Shown: positions 1-9,123 of the stretch, in pieces
How positions within the stretch are numbered: position 1 is the stretch's first letter
Layout: every line of letters starts with the position of its first letter
Virus record (IMG/VR): IMGVR_UViG_3300046779_000879
Span: 32,001-96,000 of that record
Direction: 5' to 3' (one strand)
Source: a virus
DNA length: 64,000 nt
The notes under the pieces: model-generated
What the model saw: only the letters and a program-made list of their open reading frames with translations
Told to the model about the DNA's origin: nothing
Databases searched by the model: none
Made by a program: the position numbers and the translations under genes

Positions 1-31
1 TCCATGATACATCCTTTCTCTATCTTGTAGT

Positions 32-60
32 ATTATACCGCATATCGCAATGTAAGACAA
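32..60 (-). promoter_or_regulatory. sigma70-type early promoter
   Basis: TTGTCT-N17-TATAAT on the minus strand. Confidence 0.75.
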
Positions 61-232
61 TTATCTTTTCCAACGACTAGGATGTCCTCTATTTAAAAGG
101 ACTCCAAACCATAGCATACGAATACCATTCTTTACTTGCAAGACTCCATTCCTCCAATAGTAGGAACGATAGTTTTTGGCTGCAACCCAGTCGTCCATTA
201 GTCTAGTCTCTTTTTATCTCGGGATCGAAAAT

Positions 233-442
233 TTAACCCTTGTAATGAGCCAAAGCAGTTAATGCTTCGAACTCACCCCATGTAAGAGAGATACTCTTAG
301 TATCACTGATAGTAACATCGAATCCCTCGCCATTGTGCCATTCACATAGCTCGATGAAGTCGTGTTCCTTTGCAAGATGATCATAGTTCTTTAAAGCAGT
401 CATCTTAGTCTTACGATTATACGTTTCCATTATCAACTCCAA
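233..442 (-). CDS. hypothetical protein
   Basis: 69-aa ORF, codirectional with neighbours. Confidence 0.6.
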   Translation of the reverse strand: MELIMETYNRKTKMTALKNYDHLAKEHDFIELCEWHNGEGFDVTISDTKSISLTWGEFEALTALAHYKG

Positions 443-602
443 AGTGTCTTAGTATTACATCTGAAGATCGATATGGTTCACATGTATCTGCAATATTAGC
501 ACATTCTCTAATAATTAACTCTGCAAATTCCTGTAGACGAACATGAGAGATACAATGTTCCACCTTGGCATTAATAGCGATTTCTGTTAATTTTTCGTTC
601 AT
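417..602 (-). CDS. hypothetical protein
   Basis: ORF, likely start MNEKLTEIA. Confidence 0.55.
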   Translation of the reverse strand: MNEKLTEIAINAKVEHCISHVRLQEFAELIIRECANIADTCEPYRSSDVILRHFGVDNGNV

Positions 603-969
603 AATAGCACCAATGCTCCAATTACTAGAACATAGCATATTCCCATAATATGCCATGCTCGTCTATATTCGTAGTTCATATGCAACCTTTCTAAGTCAAA
701 ATTTTTCTCGGGGAATTTTTTAGTGAAAATGGGTTTCAAATCGTGTAACCCTCTATAGATTCATAGGGTAGAGAGATAGATGTGATGGGGGATAATACAT
801 CGCTCCTCTATCGGACGGGACTCCTAAACCCTCTATAGATTTATTCTAAGGGGAACCCCCTCTTACCTAGTGAGCCAATACAGACCAACAGGCACAGCGT
901 AGATCGCCACAGCATATATTAACTGCGACACGGTATCTGCCATTATACTGAATTCTTTCATATTATTCC

Positions 970-1176
970 TTATTTGTTTATCTGAATATCATAACTAACA
1001 CGATTCATTTTGCTATCGTATACTGTAATCCTACTACTAATACCGACAGCATTAAACATGTTTTCATATAACTGAGCCACTGCCAGATTTATATTACTAT
1101 CGCTACCAATATTACGATTCTTAATCCTACTCTTAGTGGTGTAGAATGAAACACCATTTACTATTACTCTAATCAT
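970..1176 (-). CDS. hypothetical protein
   Basis: 68-aa ORF with GGAG RBS. Confidence 0.7.
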   Translation of the reverse strand: MIRVIVNGVSFYTTKSRIKNRNIGSDSNINLAVAQLYENMFNAVGISSRITVYDSKMNRVSYDIQINK

Positions 1177-1185
1177 AATAACTCC

Positions 1186-2085
1186 TTAAGCAGTTAACAT
1201 GTAAGTAGCAAGGTCTTTCCAGTCTTTGTTACTGGCACGAACCTTAGATACAGCGATAAGAGTACGCAGAGAGATCTCCTTGCACTCACTCTTAATCTTA
1301 CGAATCAGAGCCAGTGCGTCTGCCTTAATAGTGGCATCGTACTCAGGGAGGAATTCATCGCTTTTTGCAATAAACTCCATACGATCGATCTTCTGGTCCA
1401 AAGTCATGGACAGGTCGATCATCATACTACGACTACGAATGGCTTGGTCGATACGATCTTGGTCCATGTTCGAGATGAAAATCACACGACCAGTAAACTC
1501 GAATGAACGTGGCAGATCATCGTCCTTCATATCAGCATTCCAGCTAATGATGCGTTTACCGTAAGAGTCCAATGCTCCCTTTAGAAGATTCAGTGCCACT
1601 GGATCCTTCAGAACAGCGTCACAGTCATCGAACACAACGATCGACTTGTTGTTCTCGAACAGAGTGCGATATAGACCCTTGGCAGTCGAGAAACCCTTAA
1701 TCATGGTAAAACACTTGCGTGTATTGATGATTGAACCAACTTGGAAATCAGCAAGGTCACTGATGTCTTTATAGCCATTTGCTTCAAGTGTCTTGGTGAC
1801 AGTGTAAGTCTTACCCAAACCACCCTCACCAGTAATCACAGCTGATGGCTGAACACCAGTGGCAACCATGTTCACCAACTTCTCAACGAAACCGAAACGA
1901 GTGTTGATGTCGTAACGATTGGATTTTTCAACAGCTGCAGCAACTGCCACTTCGATGTCACCAACCATGGACTTCACACGACGCTCCACGTATGCCTTGG
2001 AATAAGACTTAATGGTCTTAGAGCCAACTTTCGCAAAGTAGTTACCAGATTTAGCATCAAATTCAACAGCAGTCACAGTAGTCAT
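1186..2085 (-). CDS. AAA-type P-loop ATPase, early gene
   Basis: Walker A GEGGLGKT, Walker B IVVFDD, sensor IFISN; AAGGA RBS before MTTVTA. Confidence 0.8.
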   Translation of the reverse strand: MTTVTAVEFDAKSGNYFAKVGSKTIKSYSKAYVERRVKSMVGDIEVAVAAAVEKSNRYDINTRFGFVEKLVNMVATGVQPSAVITGEGGLGKTYTVTKTLEANGYKDISDLADFQVGSIINTRKCFTMIKGFSTAKGLYRTLFENNKSIVVFDDCDAVLKDPVALNLLKGALDSYGKRIISWNADMKDDDLPRSFEFTGRVIFISNMDQDRIDQAIRSRSMMIDLSMTLDQKIDRMEFIAKSDEFLPEYDATIKADALALIRKIKSECKEISLRTLIAVSKVRASNKDWKDLATYMLTA

Positions 2086-2113
2086 AATTTTCCTTAATTT
2101 CAACGATAGAGAG

Positions 2114-2142
2114 ATTATTCCTCAATTCGCAATTAAAGACAA
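2114..2142 (-). promoter_or_regulatory. sigma70-type early promoter
   Basis: TTGTCT-N17-AATAAT. Confidence 0.65.
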
Positions 2143-2161
2143 CACCTTTCTCTCCAAGAGC

Positions 2162-2174
2162 TAAGTTGTTGATT
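2162..2174 (-). promoter_or_regulatory. IHF-consensus site
   Basis: AATCAACAACTTA matches WATCAANNNNTTR, 20 bp upstream of a -35 box. Confidence 0.5.
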
Positions 2175-2206
2175 TTACAGGGAAAATCATGATTTTACAG
2201 GGAAAA
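2170..2206. repeat. tandem direct repeat, 20-bp period
   Basis: tgattttacagggaaaa occurs twice. Confidence 0.85.
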
Positions 2207-2398
2207 ATAACCCTCAAGAACTGGGGGTTATTTCGATGGAGTAGACAGGTGTCTCTCCAGTTTCATGAGTAAGTAACCACTCTCCTACCACAAAAAACAC
2301 CTCATCGATCGAGTCTATAGAGTAAGCAACTACTTCATGCATTTCGGTCACAATTTTAACAGAGAACATAATATATCCTTATCAAGTCTAACACAGTG

Positions 2399-2427
2399 AT
2401 TATGTCTCAAAGTCAAATAAATGTCAA
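2399..2427 (-). promoter_or_regulatory. sigma70-type promoter
   Basis: TTGACA-N17-CATAAT. Confidence 0.65.
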
Positions 2428-2448
2428 ATTTAAATTGCAAGTTGCAAA

Positions 2449-2751
2449 CTAGACCTCAGTCCAAAGATCTCCATCCTGAACAAACTGATTTGGCTGTAGG
2501 GGTTTCTTAGTAATAGGTGCGATGGGCTCAGCTGGTTTATTGGCACCACCACTAGTGAAGTTATGGATAGCGACTTCAGCTTCATCACTACCACCAGTGA
2601 GCCATGCTGATTTCTTCTGTCCGATTTTCTGCTTCTGTTCTGCCGTTAGTGGTCGTGAGTTGCCACAGCTACGTGAACAGAACTCACCACGCTTGGTATG
2701 CTTGACAGAACACTTAGGGCAGATTTTTTCTTTATACGCCATCATTCCCAC
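2449..2751 (-). CDS. small zinc-finger protein
   Basis: CPKC...FCSRSC, then a basic helix resembling homing-endonuclease DNA-binding modules. Confidence 0.6.
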   Translation of the reverse strand: MGMMAYKEKICPKCSVKHTKRGEFCSRSCGNSRPLTAEQKQKIGQKKSAWLTGGSDEAEVAIHNFTSGGANKPAEPIAPITKKPLQPNQFVQDGDLWTEV

Positions 2752-2799
2752 TCATTAACACAGAAACCACACTTCTCACTAATATACGTCCACCATGCA

Positions 2800-2991
2800 T
2801 CACCAATGCCTTATCGTATTCGCAATAATGACTAAACAAGTAATTACATGGATAACTACCCAGAAAGTCTTCAATGCAAGAGCAATTCTGGCTTCTTTCA
2901 GTGTTAGGATTGGAACATCTGGTCGATCGTCATCGGTATTTCCCATTAGATGACCAGTGGCTCGTGCCCAGATTTTTTCAAAACTATTCAT
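2800..2991 (-). CDS. small membrane protein
   Basis: C-terminal hydrophobic helix. Confidence 0.6.
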   Translation of the reverse strand: MNSFEKIWARATGHLMGNTDDDRPDVPILTLKEARIALALKTFWVVIHVITCLVIIANTIRHW

Positions 2992-3153
2992 TATTCTTTC
3001 TCGGAGCAGTACACGAATCATTCCAGAGTTCCATCGCTTGTTTACGGTATTCGGCTAGTGATTCTTCTCTCTTCTTAGCGAATTCCTTTGCTTTTTCATC
3101 GTCCAATGGTAGCACTTCAAAGTCACCATTCTCCAGTGATTTGATTGTATTAT

Positions 3154-3285
3154 TCATTTCTTTCTCCATACACAGGATTTAGATGTAATGCAACAGGGGG
3201 ATTCTTCGGTGCAGTAGGTATATATGAGTAAGAGTGGTGTGCAGCCCGATAAAAGAAAAGAGACTAATAAGACTGCGATTTTCAT
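3154..3285 (-). CDS. small Cys-rich lipoprotein (below ORF-track cutoff)
   Basis: MKIAVLLVSFLLSGC lipobox, 43 aa. Confidence 0.5.
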   Translation of the reverse strand: MKIAVLLVSFLLSGCTPLLLIYTYCTEESPCCITSKSCVWRKK

Positions 3286-3315
3286 TTCGTTTCCCGTAGA
3301 GATAGAAAGACAGAT

Positions 3316-3654
3316 CTATCGCTTGTTTGGTTTTGGTAGTTGTGGCAGTGATTTCCAATGCTCAATCCAACGAGAATGCTCATCGATTTTCTTCTCGTTC
3401 TCCATTTCTCTTGTACGAATCTCATTTAGATCTCGACGATAATCACCGAGTTTTTCATTCATCTTGTCGATCTTTTGCTCAATGTAGAGAGTCCTTTGAT
3501 CCATTAAATCAATGCGACTCTTAAAGTATTCGATATCGTTTCCACGACTTATAAGAAATGCAATGAGTATCAGTACGAGAAAGACGAGTGCAAGTAGAGT
3601 TGTAAGAATTACCTGACTCTTTTCGGAGGAATTTAGATCTTTCCAGAGATTCAT
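3316..3654 (-). CDS. membrane-anchored coiled-coil protein
   Basis: N-terminal TM helix followed by a heptad-rich region. Confidence 0.65.
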   Translation of the reverse strand: MNLWKDLNSSEKSQVILTTLLALVFLVLILIAFLISRGNDIEYFKSRIDLMDQRTLYIEQKIDKMNEKLGDYRRDLNEIRTREMENEKKIDEHSRWIEHWKSLPQLPKPNKR

Positions 3655-3944
3655 GATCTCCACTCGCAACGTAGTGTACCATCTGTACCAGACTGTTTAA
3701 AGGCACGTTCGATCATCTTGCGATGTTCCTCACACGCACCATTTGTTTTAAAGGATGAATAGTCTATTGTATATCCGTTTAGTAGTAGAATTAAGACCCA
3801 CATTCTTTACTTGCCTTCCAATTGTCCCATGTGGTCTGTAGCCATTTTTCTGCTTCCTCTGAACTATCAAAGTAAGGACTGACGACTTTATCTTTATCGT
3901 CCACGTAAAAGTAGGTATAAGTATGCAGACCTGCATCTCGATAC

Positions 3945-4166
3945 TTAATGAGTTTCATTCTTCTTTTCCATCCATTGTTTTATGTCCATCATCTTCTCGT
4001 GTTCAATCATATCAATAATGTCGCTGGTCAGCCTGATCTCCATTTTGAGCCACTTCATCTTTTCTTCCAGCTTGCGCAGCTCATCTTGATAGAATGCCAG
4101 TTCCTTCTCCTTCCGAGCACGTGTGTCCAGCAGATCTGATATGATAATTAGTTTGGCATCACTCAT
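3945..4166 (-). CDS. hypothetical coiled-coil protein
   Basis: ORF, likely start MSDAKL. Confidence 0.6.
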   Translation of the reverse strand: MSDAKLIIISDLLDTRARKEKELAFYQDELRKLEEKMKWLKMEIRLTSDIIDMIEHEKMMDIKQWMEKKNETH

Positions 4167-4450
4167 CGTCGTCTCGGTATATCTCGTCGCCTGCCCAAAT
4201 AATATATCCAATAATTGCCATTACCACTAAAAATATTACAACTTCAATCATCTGCAACACCTCCTATCGTCACTGTAATTCCTTTATAACTTCTCTCTGG
4301 CTTACCACGATGGCTTCTAATTCTGCGACTCGCTTCTTTGCATCTGCCAGTTGTTGTTCCAGCGTTTTTATTGCTTCAATCATTGATAGGATTGATTCGG
4401 TTTGTTGTTCTTGGAGTGTTTTCATTTTCGTTTCCCTTGGAGATATAGAA

Positions 4451-5434
4451 TCACTGTAGATTCCGTTTAAAAATATTCCAGCATTCTTCCCATGTCCAGA
4501 CTTCGGATGATTTTTTTACCCTTTCCCTAGGAAGAAATAGAGCACTATTAATAGCTGTTTTCAGATCGTTATCCATTACACCATTCTCTGGAGTAAGTAT
4601 GTCAATTGGTCCAGGAACAGGATATGCAGCAACTGGTGTACCCAGTGATAGTGCTTCAATGATAACGATTCCAAATGTGTCGGTCTTGGATGGAAAGGCA
4701 AATACATCGGCACTATGATATTCATTGGCAAGTTCAGTACCAGACTTATAGCCCAGAAACTTTACGTGAGGATAGGTTTTCTCTAGTCTGGCTCGATCTG
4801 GACCATCTCCAACGATTCGAATATAATAATCAGTGAGTTTGCAAAGTGCGTCTAGATTCTTTTCTCTCGATACACGACCAACATAAAGAACACGTGGAAT
4901 CTTACTCTTAGTTCTTGATTGATTTGATTGTAGATTGATGCGATTGACACCACGAGTCCAAGGAATAATATCACCATCGAATCCATTGGCTCTTAGGTCA
5001 TTGACCATGGTCTTTGTGGTTGTCAGTACAATTCCAGAGTGCTTATGAAACCAGCGTACATAGGCATACGTCCATGACATTGGAATGCCATAGATTTGCT
5101 TTAGAAACTCGGGGAATTTTGTATGATAGCTAGTGTTGTAGCGTATTTTCTTTTTATCCAGATAGAGTCGTGCAGCGAGACCTATTGGACCTTCTGTGGC
5201 GATGTGAATATGATCCGCATGTATCGCTTCAATCGCTTTACCAATACCAAAGGGGATTGAGATCTTAACTTCAGGATAGCCCAAAGCATTAAAATGACGG
5301 AACTTCCTGGGATCAAGATAAACAATACGATACCCATCACGAGTAGCGTAATCTTCCAGGTTTTTAAATGTGGTAACGACACCATTGATTTGGTCTGGTA
5401 AATTATCTGTAATAATTAAAATTGTTTTTGACAT
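4451..5434 (-). CDS. GT4 glycosyltransferase (Agt-like glycolipid synthase)
   Basis: QINGVV, HIATEGPIG, SYHTKFPE, YVGRVSREKN and FPSKTDTFGIVIIEA GT-B motifs. Confidence 0.9.
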   Translation of the reverse strand: MSKTILIITDNLPDQINGVVTTFKNLEDYATRDGYRIVYLDPRKFRHFNALGYPEVKISIPFGIGKAIEAIHADHIHIATEGPIGLAARLYLDKKKIRYNTSYHTKFPEFLKQIYGIPMSWTYAYVRWFHKHSGIVLTTTKTMVNDLRANGFDGDIIPWTRGVNRINLQSNQSRTKSKIPRVLYVGRVSREKNLDALCKLTDYYIRIVGDGPDRARLEKTYPHVKFLGYKSGTELANEYHSADVFAFPSKTDTFGIVIIEALSLGTPVAAYPVPGPIDILTPENGVMDNDLKTAINSALFLPRERVKKSSEVWTWEECWNIFKRNLQ

Positions 5435-5589
5435 CTTCCCTCAACTTTAAAACTCTCAAATTTTAACCAATAAGTCATAGATTGTAATGCACTCTCACAT
5501 TGTTGTTGAGTCTGAAATTGTATCGTTACTCTTCCTGGAATGTCGTTTGGATTGTTTATGTGCACTGCTATCAATAGCATCAGCCACAT
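5416..5589 (-). CDS. 57-aa protein overlapping the metallophosphoesterase 3' end
   Basis: AAGGAG RBS; MWLMLLIAV...C...C; stop lies inside the GT4 start region. Confidence 0.55.
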   Translation of the reverse strand: MWLMLLIAVHINNPNDIPGRVTIQFQTQQQCESALQSMTYWLKFESFKVEGRCQKQF

Positions 5590-6340
5590 CGTCGTTCTCC
5601 TTGGTCCATGTTACTATTTCCCAGCGACCATCATGATGTTCTACAAGTGCAGTCATTGATTCTACCCAGTCGCCATCGTTCATATACATAACACCATCGA
5701 TTTCTTTTATCTCTGCATGATGTATGTGTCCACAAATGACTCCATCATACCCACGCTTTTTACAATATGATGCTAGATTCTTTTCGAACTGAAACATAAA
5801 GTCAGACGCTTTCTTTACTTTATGTTTTAAATACTTACTAAGTGACCAGTATCCAAAACCCAGCTTATGACGAACCCAATTAAAACGAGAGTTCCAGTCA
5901 AGAACTAGATCGTATAACTTATCACCGAGAAATGCCAACCATGGAGCAAGACGAGTGATTCCATCGAACAGATCTCCATGAGTAACTAGGTAATGTTTAC
6001 CGTCCACACCCACATGCTCTGTTTGATTATGAATCTCAACCAACCCAAAGGAAAATCCATAAGGAATCATTGGTCTTAAAAACTCATCATGATTACCAGC
6101 CACGTAAATCACTCTCGTCCCACGTTTTGCATGTCCAAGCACACGACGAACTACATTGGTATGACTCTGTTTCCATCGCCACTTGTTTTGTTTAATTTTC
6201 CAAGCATCAATTATATCACCAACCATGTAGAGTGTCTCACATGTGTTGTGCTTTAGAAAGTTATTCAGCTGTTCTGCCTTGCAATCACGAGTGCCAAGAT
6301 GAACATCTGAAATAAAAATAGTGCGGTATGTTTTGACCAT
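5495..6340 (-). CDS. plcP: metallophosphoesterase of the PlcP/LpxH2 family (putative phospholipase C)
   Basis: ISDVHLG, VGDIID, GNHD, HGD, CGHIH, NDGDWVES; adjacent to a GT4 gene as in bacterial plcP-agt loci. Confidence 0.8.
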   Translation of the reverse strand: MVKTYRTIFISDVHLGTRDCKAEQLNNFLKHNTCETLYMVGDIIDAWKIKQNKWRWKQSHTNVVRRVLGHAKRGTRVIYVAGNHDEFLRPMIPYGFSFGLVEIHNQTEHVGVDGKHYLVTHGDLFDGITRLAPWLAFLGDKLYDLVLDWNSRFNWVRHKLGFGYWSLSKYLKHKVKKASDFMFQFEKNLASYCKKRGYDGVICGHIHHAEIKEIDGVMYMNDGDWVESMTALVEHHDGRWEIVTWTKENDDVADAIDSSAHKQSKRHSRKSNDTISDSTTM

Positions 6341-6522
6341 ACCTTTATTTATGAATTACTTGTACCAGCCGATGCCGTTGTGCTTTTGCTCGGTCTTCTG
6401 TAAATAGTATTCATGTCCCATTTCGTATGCAAAAAGTGGTAACCTCACCACGATTGTATACAATATTGCGATCGCCAGAATTAGTGGTGATAGTATTACT
6501 AAGATTGCTCCGATAATCCACT

Positions 6523-6708
6523 TCATAGTTTCTCCAATTCTTTTTCACATCGTGAAATTTCATCCTTTAATTTTAGACGTTGTTTCTTTAGTTCTTCACA
6601 GTGTTGATACTCGTCGTAGTGACAGTCAAGTTCAGTGATTTCTTCATCTAATCTACGATGTTTTCGTTTAAGAGATGTAATATGATGTTCCATTTTTAAT
6701 CTATCCAT
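6523..6708 (-). CDS. DUF465/YdcH-like coiled-coil protein
   Basis: H..LDEEI...LKKQRLKLKDEI motif. Confidence 0.7.
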   Translation of the reverse strand: MDRLKMEHHITSLKRKHRRLDEEITELDCHYDEYQHCEELKKQRLKLKDEISRCEKELEKL

Positions 6709-6733
6709 ACTGTCCTCCGTATGTAAGTGTTTA

Positions 6734-6940
6734 TCACAATAACCAATTTCCATTTAGATTTGATAGGTATTCTTGATACTCATTCTTTAGTGTTTCTTCC
6801 CAATGTTTCTTGTAGTCGATGTCGTGCATTCTTGACATGGCACTAATCTTATCTTCTGGCATGCTTGGTGCCAAATTCGCTTTCCACTCTTCAAATGAGA
6901 GTTTTGGTTCTATTGTTTTATGATAATCTTTAAAGTCCAT
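6734..6940 (-). CDS. hypothetical protein
   Basis: 68-aa ORF in an operon. Confidence 0.6.
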   Translation of the reverse strand: MDFKDYHKTIEPKLSFEEWKANLAPSMPEDKISAMSRMHDIDYKKHWEETLKNEYQEYLSNLNGNWLL

Positions 6941-7544
6941 TTAAAATTCTTTCTGACAATCCTCCAGGCATACCTAAACCAACTCTACCATCATAGATAT
7001 TAGAAGCATATTCTCCATCAGCGTCTACATAGTGTAAAAATGCTTGAATCTGTTTAGTACCCTTATACTCTTCTCTCCAGTGTTTTAATTTAACACCTTG
7101 ATATACTACCATAGACCCAACTGGAATTTTTATAGGATTGGTTTCACCATTTAAATTCTCCATCCATATATCCCATGGTCCAGTATCATCAACGTCAATA
7201 GTAATGGTGGCAGAATATTCACAGCTTGGACGATCTTTATGCACTTTCATAATCGCACCATTATAATATATTCTAGCATATGAGTAAGTAGGATGCAGAG
7301 TTTTACCAGTGACTTTCTCTACGATTGGTTTAACCATTAGTAAAAGAGATTCAAAACAATATGCTCCATACCATGCAAAACATTTTTCAACTATATCACT
7401 ATTAAAACCAACTTGATTTAAATTCACATTGTTTAATAAAAATACATTATCTCTTACCATATTAAATTCTAAGGATAATAGATCTGCTGTTTCTTTTGAA
7501 ATAGCATCATTAACTATCTCATATCCATTTAATTTAAAACTCAT
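6930..7544 (-). CDS. 2OG-Fe(II) oxygenase-like protein
   Basis: HKDRPSCE (HxD), HWR, QAFLHY. Confidence 0.75.
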   Translation of the reverse strand: MSFKLNGYEIVNDAISKETADLLSLEFNMVRDNVFLLNNVNLNQVGFNSDIVEKCFAWYGAYCFESLLLMVKPIVEKVTGKTLHPTYSYARIYYNGAIMKVHKDRPSCEYSATITIDVDDTGPWDIWMENLNGETNPIKIPVGSMVVYQGVKLKHWREEYKGTKQIQAFLHYVDADGEYASNIYDGRVGLGMPGGLSERILNGL

Positions 7545-7570
7545 TTACATTCACGCTTTCATTAAATAAG

Positions 7571-7596
7571 AAAACCCTCATGCGAGGGTTTTTCTT
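7571..7596 (-). terminator. intrinsic terminator-like hairpin
   Basis: AAAACCCTC-N4-GAGGGTTTT. Confidence 0.75.
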
Positions 7597-7776
7597 TATA
7601 GTTAGTTTACATAATTATACGTTATTTGTTGCGTTTTCGAGTTTCCACTTTAACGCATCTTCTTCTTTGAAGAAGTATGGACTAACAGTTGTATTTTCTT
7701 CATCCATGTAGAACCAAATCATTTTACCAGTCCTACCATCTTTGTGTTTAACCAAAGTCATAATAATAACCAATTC

Positions 7777-8037
7777 TTATTTTTTAATAGAAACATCCAC
7801 TGTAACTTTCAACTCACGTGCTGCAGCTTCAACCAATTTTATCCAAAGGTCTGCAGTTGCTTTGTCTTTCCAAACACGTTCTCCACCAAACTGAACACCA
7901 TCAATTTTAGTTCCTTCTGGACTTACTTTACCAGCTTCAATTGCTTTATTTAAGAAATCTCGTTTTAACTCGTCCCACTGGTCACTATGTTCCTGTGTGA
8001 ACTCTTTACCCCAAATTGTTTTAGTAGTTACTGACAT
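7777..8037 (-). CDS. hypothetical protein
   Basis: AAGGAG RBS; ATAAATA late-promoter-like site upstream. Confidence 0.7.
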   Translation of the reverse strand: MSVTTKTIWGKEFTQEHSDQWDELKRDFLNKAIEAGKVSPEGTKIDGVQFGGERVWKDKATADLWIKLVEAAARELKVTVDVSIKK

Positions 8038-8083
8038 AATAATCTCCTTGTTAATTATTGATTATTTATTGATTTAAAATGAC

Positions 8084-8440
8084 TTATATTAATCCTAAAA
8101 ATGTATCTTCATCACACTCACCACGACATGTTAGTTTACCGCAAACAAAACATTTCATTGGTTTTGGTATTTCTACCTTTCTACCACGTTTCCAATCAGA
8201 CATCTTTATGATTAGTATTTTTTTATCTTTATAGCATGGTGCAGTTATTGTCATCATATCAGCTGCTGATTCTATGACTAACTCTTCATCCCATGTTTCA
8301 CTTATAATGCGTTTTTGATTTTCATACACAACAACTTCTATCAATCTAGATTCATTGTCAATTGTGTAAGGATGGCTCAATTTACCATTGTCGCTTAATG
8401 CAATGCACTCGCCAGTCATTGTATCGAAAACAAAACTCAT
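8084..8440 (-). CDS. hypothetical protein with C-terminal Cys cluster
   Basis: CFVCGKLTCRGEC. Confidence 0.65.
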   Translation of the reverse strand: MSFVFDTMTGECIALSDNGKLSHPYTIDNESRLIEVVVYENQKRIISETWDEELVIESAADMMTITAPCYKDKKILIIKMSDWKRGRKVEIPKPMKCFVCGKLTCRGECDEDTFLGLI

Positions 8441-8706
8441 ATAAGTTCATTATCTGTTTCTGGGCAGTTTCCATTCTTTAGTTGAAATGGTTTACTATCA
8501 TCTGCTTGAACCTCACTACCGTATTTATTCATAATTTGAGTATAAGCATCTTCGCCTTCAGCTTGTGCCAATTTAGCAGTCATTGCACATCTAAATACGA
8601 TTCTTTGTGCAAATGCTTCAATATCAAATACCATATCGTGCCATACTTTGGCACCATCTTCATTCTTGTATGATTGTTCGTATAATGTTTTAATCAAGGG
8701 ATGCAT
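8437..8706 (-). CDS. hypothetical protein
   Basis: 89-aa ORF in an operon. Confidence 0.65.
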   Translation of the reverse strand: MHPLIKTLYEQSYKNEDGAKVWHDMVFDIEAFAQRIVFRCAMTAKLAQAEGEDAYTQIMNKYGSEVQADDSKPFQLKNGNCPETDNELI

Positions 8707-8723
8707 AATTTATCTCAGTTAGG

Positions 8724-9095
8724 TTATTCGTGTCCTAGCGGATCCTCTGCTATTCCAGCTAGACGTTCTTGTCTTCTTCCACGTGGAGTGTATTTATTTC
8801 TATTTGGTTGCAGATCAGGCATTTTACCATTTCTGTCAGAATTATAATAACTCATTGGACCATAATCAAATCGTGCTGTTGATGCTGGATTTTGTTTTTC
8901 TATGAATAAACGAACAGAATTCCATTCATTTTCTGTCATCAATTCTCTTGGTGTTCTAAGAAGAAATGGAGGGTTTGGATTTGGGGTATCCCACCATGCA
9001 ATAGCACGTTGTTCGTTTCCACCATGCATTTCATAAAGTCTTTGCCAAAGACCATTGTCTTTAAAGTATAAACTAAATGGGTCAATAGTTGTCAT
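8724..9095 (-). CDS. protein with Xre/MbcA/ParS antitoxin C-terminal-like (DUF2384-like) motif
   Basis: GGNEQRAIAWWDTPN...TPRELM...V. Confidence 0.55.
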   Translation of the reverse strand: MTTIDPFSLYFKDNGLWQRLYEMHGGNEQRAIAWWDTPNPNPPFLLRTPRELMTENEWNSVRLFIEKQNPASTARFDYGPMSYYNSDRNGKMPDLQPNRNKYTPRGRRQERLAGIAEDPLGHE

Positions 9096-9123
9096 TTTTA
9101 TCTTTCCTTATTCTTATGGTGCA

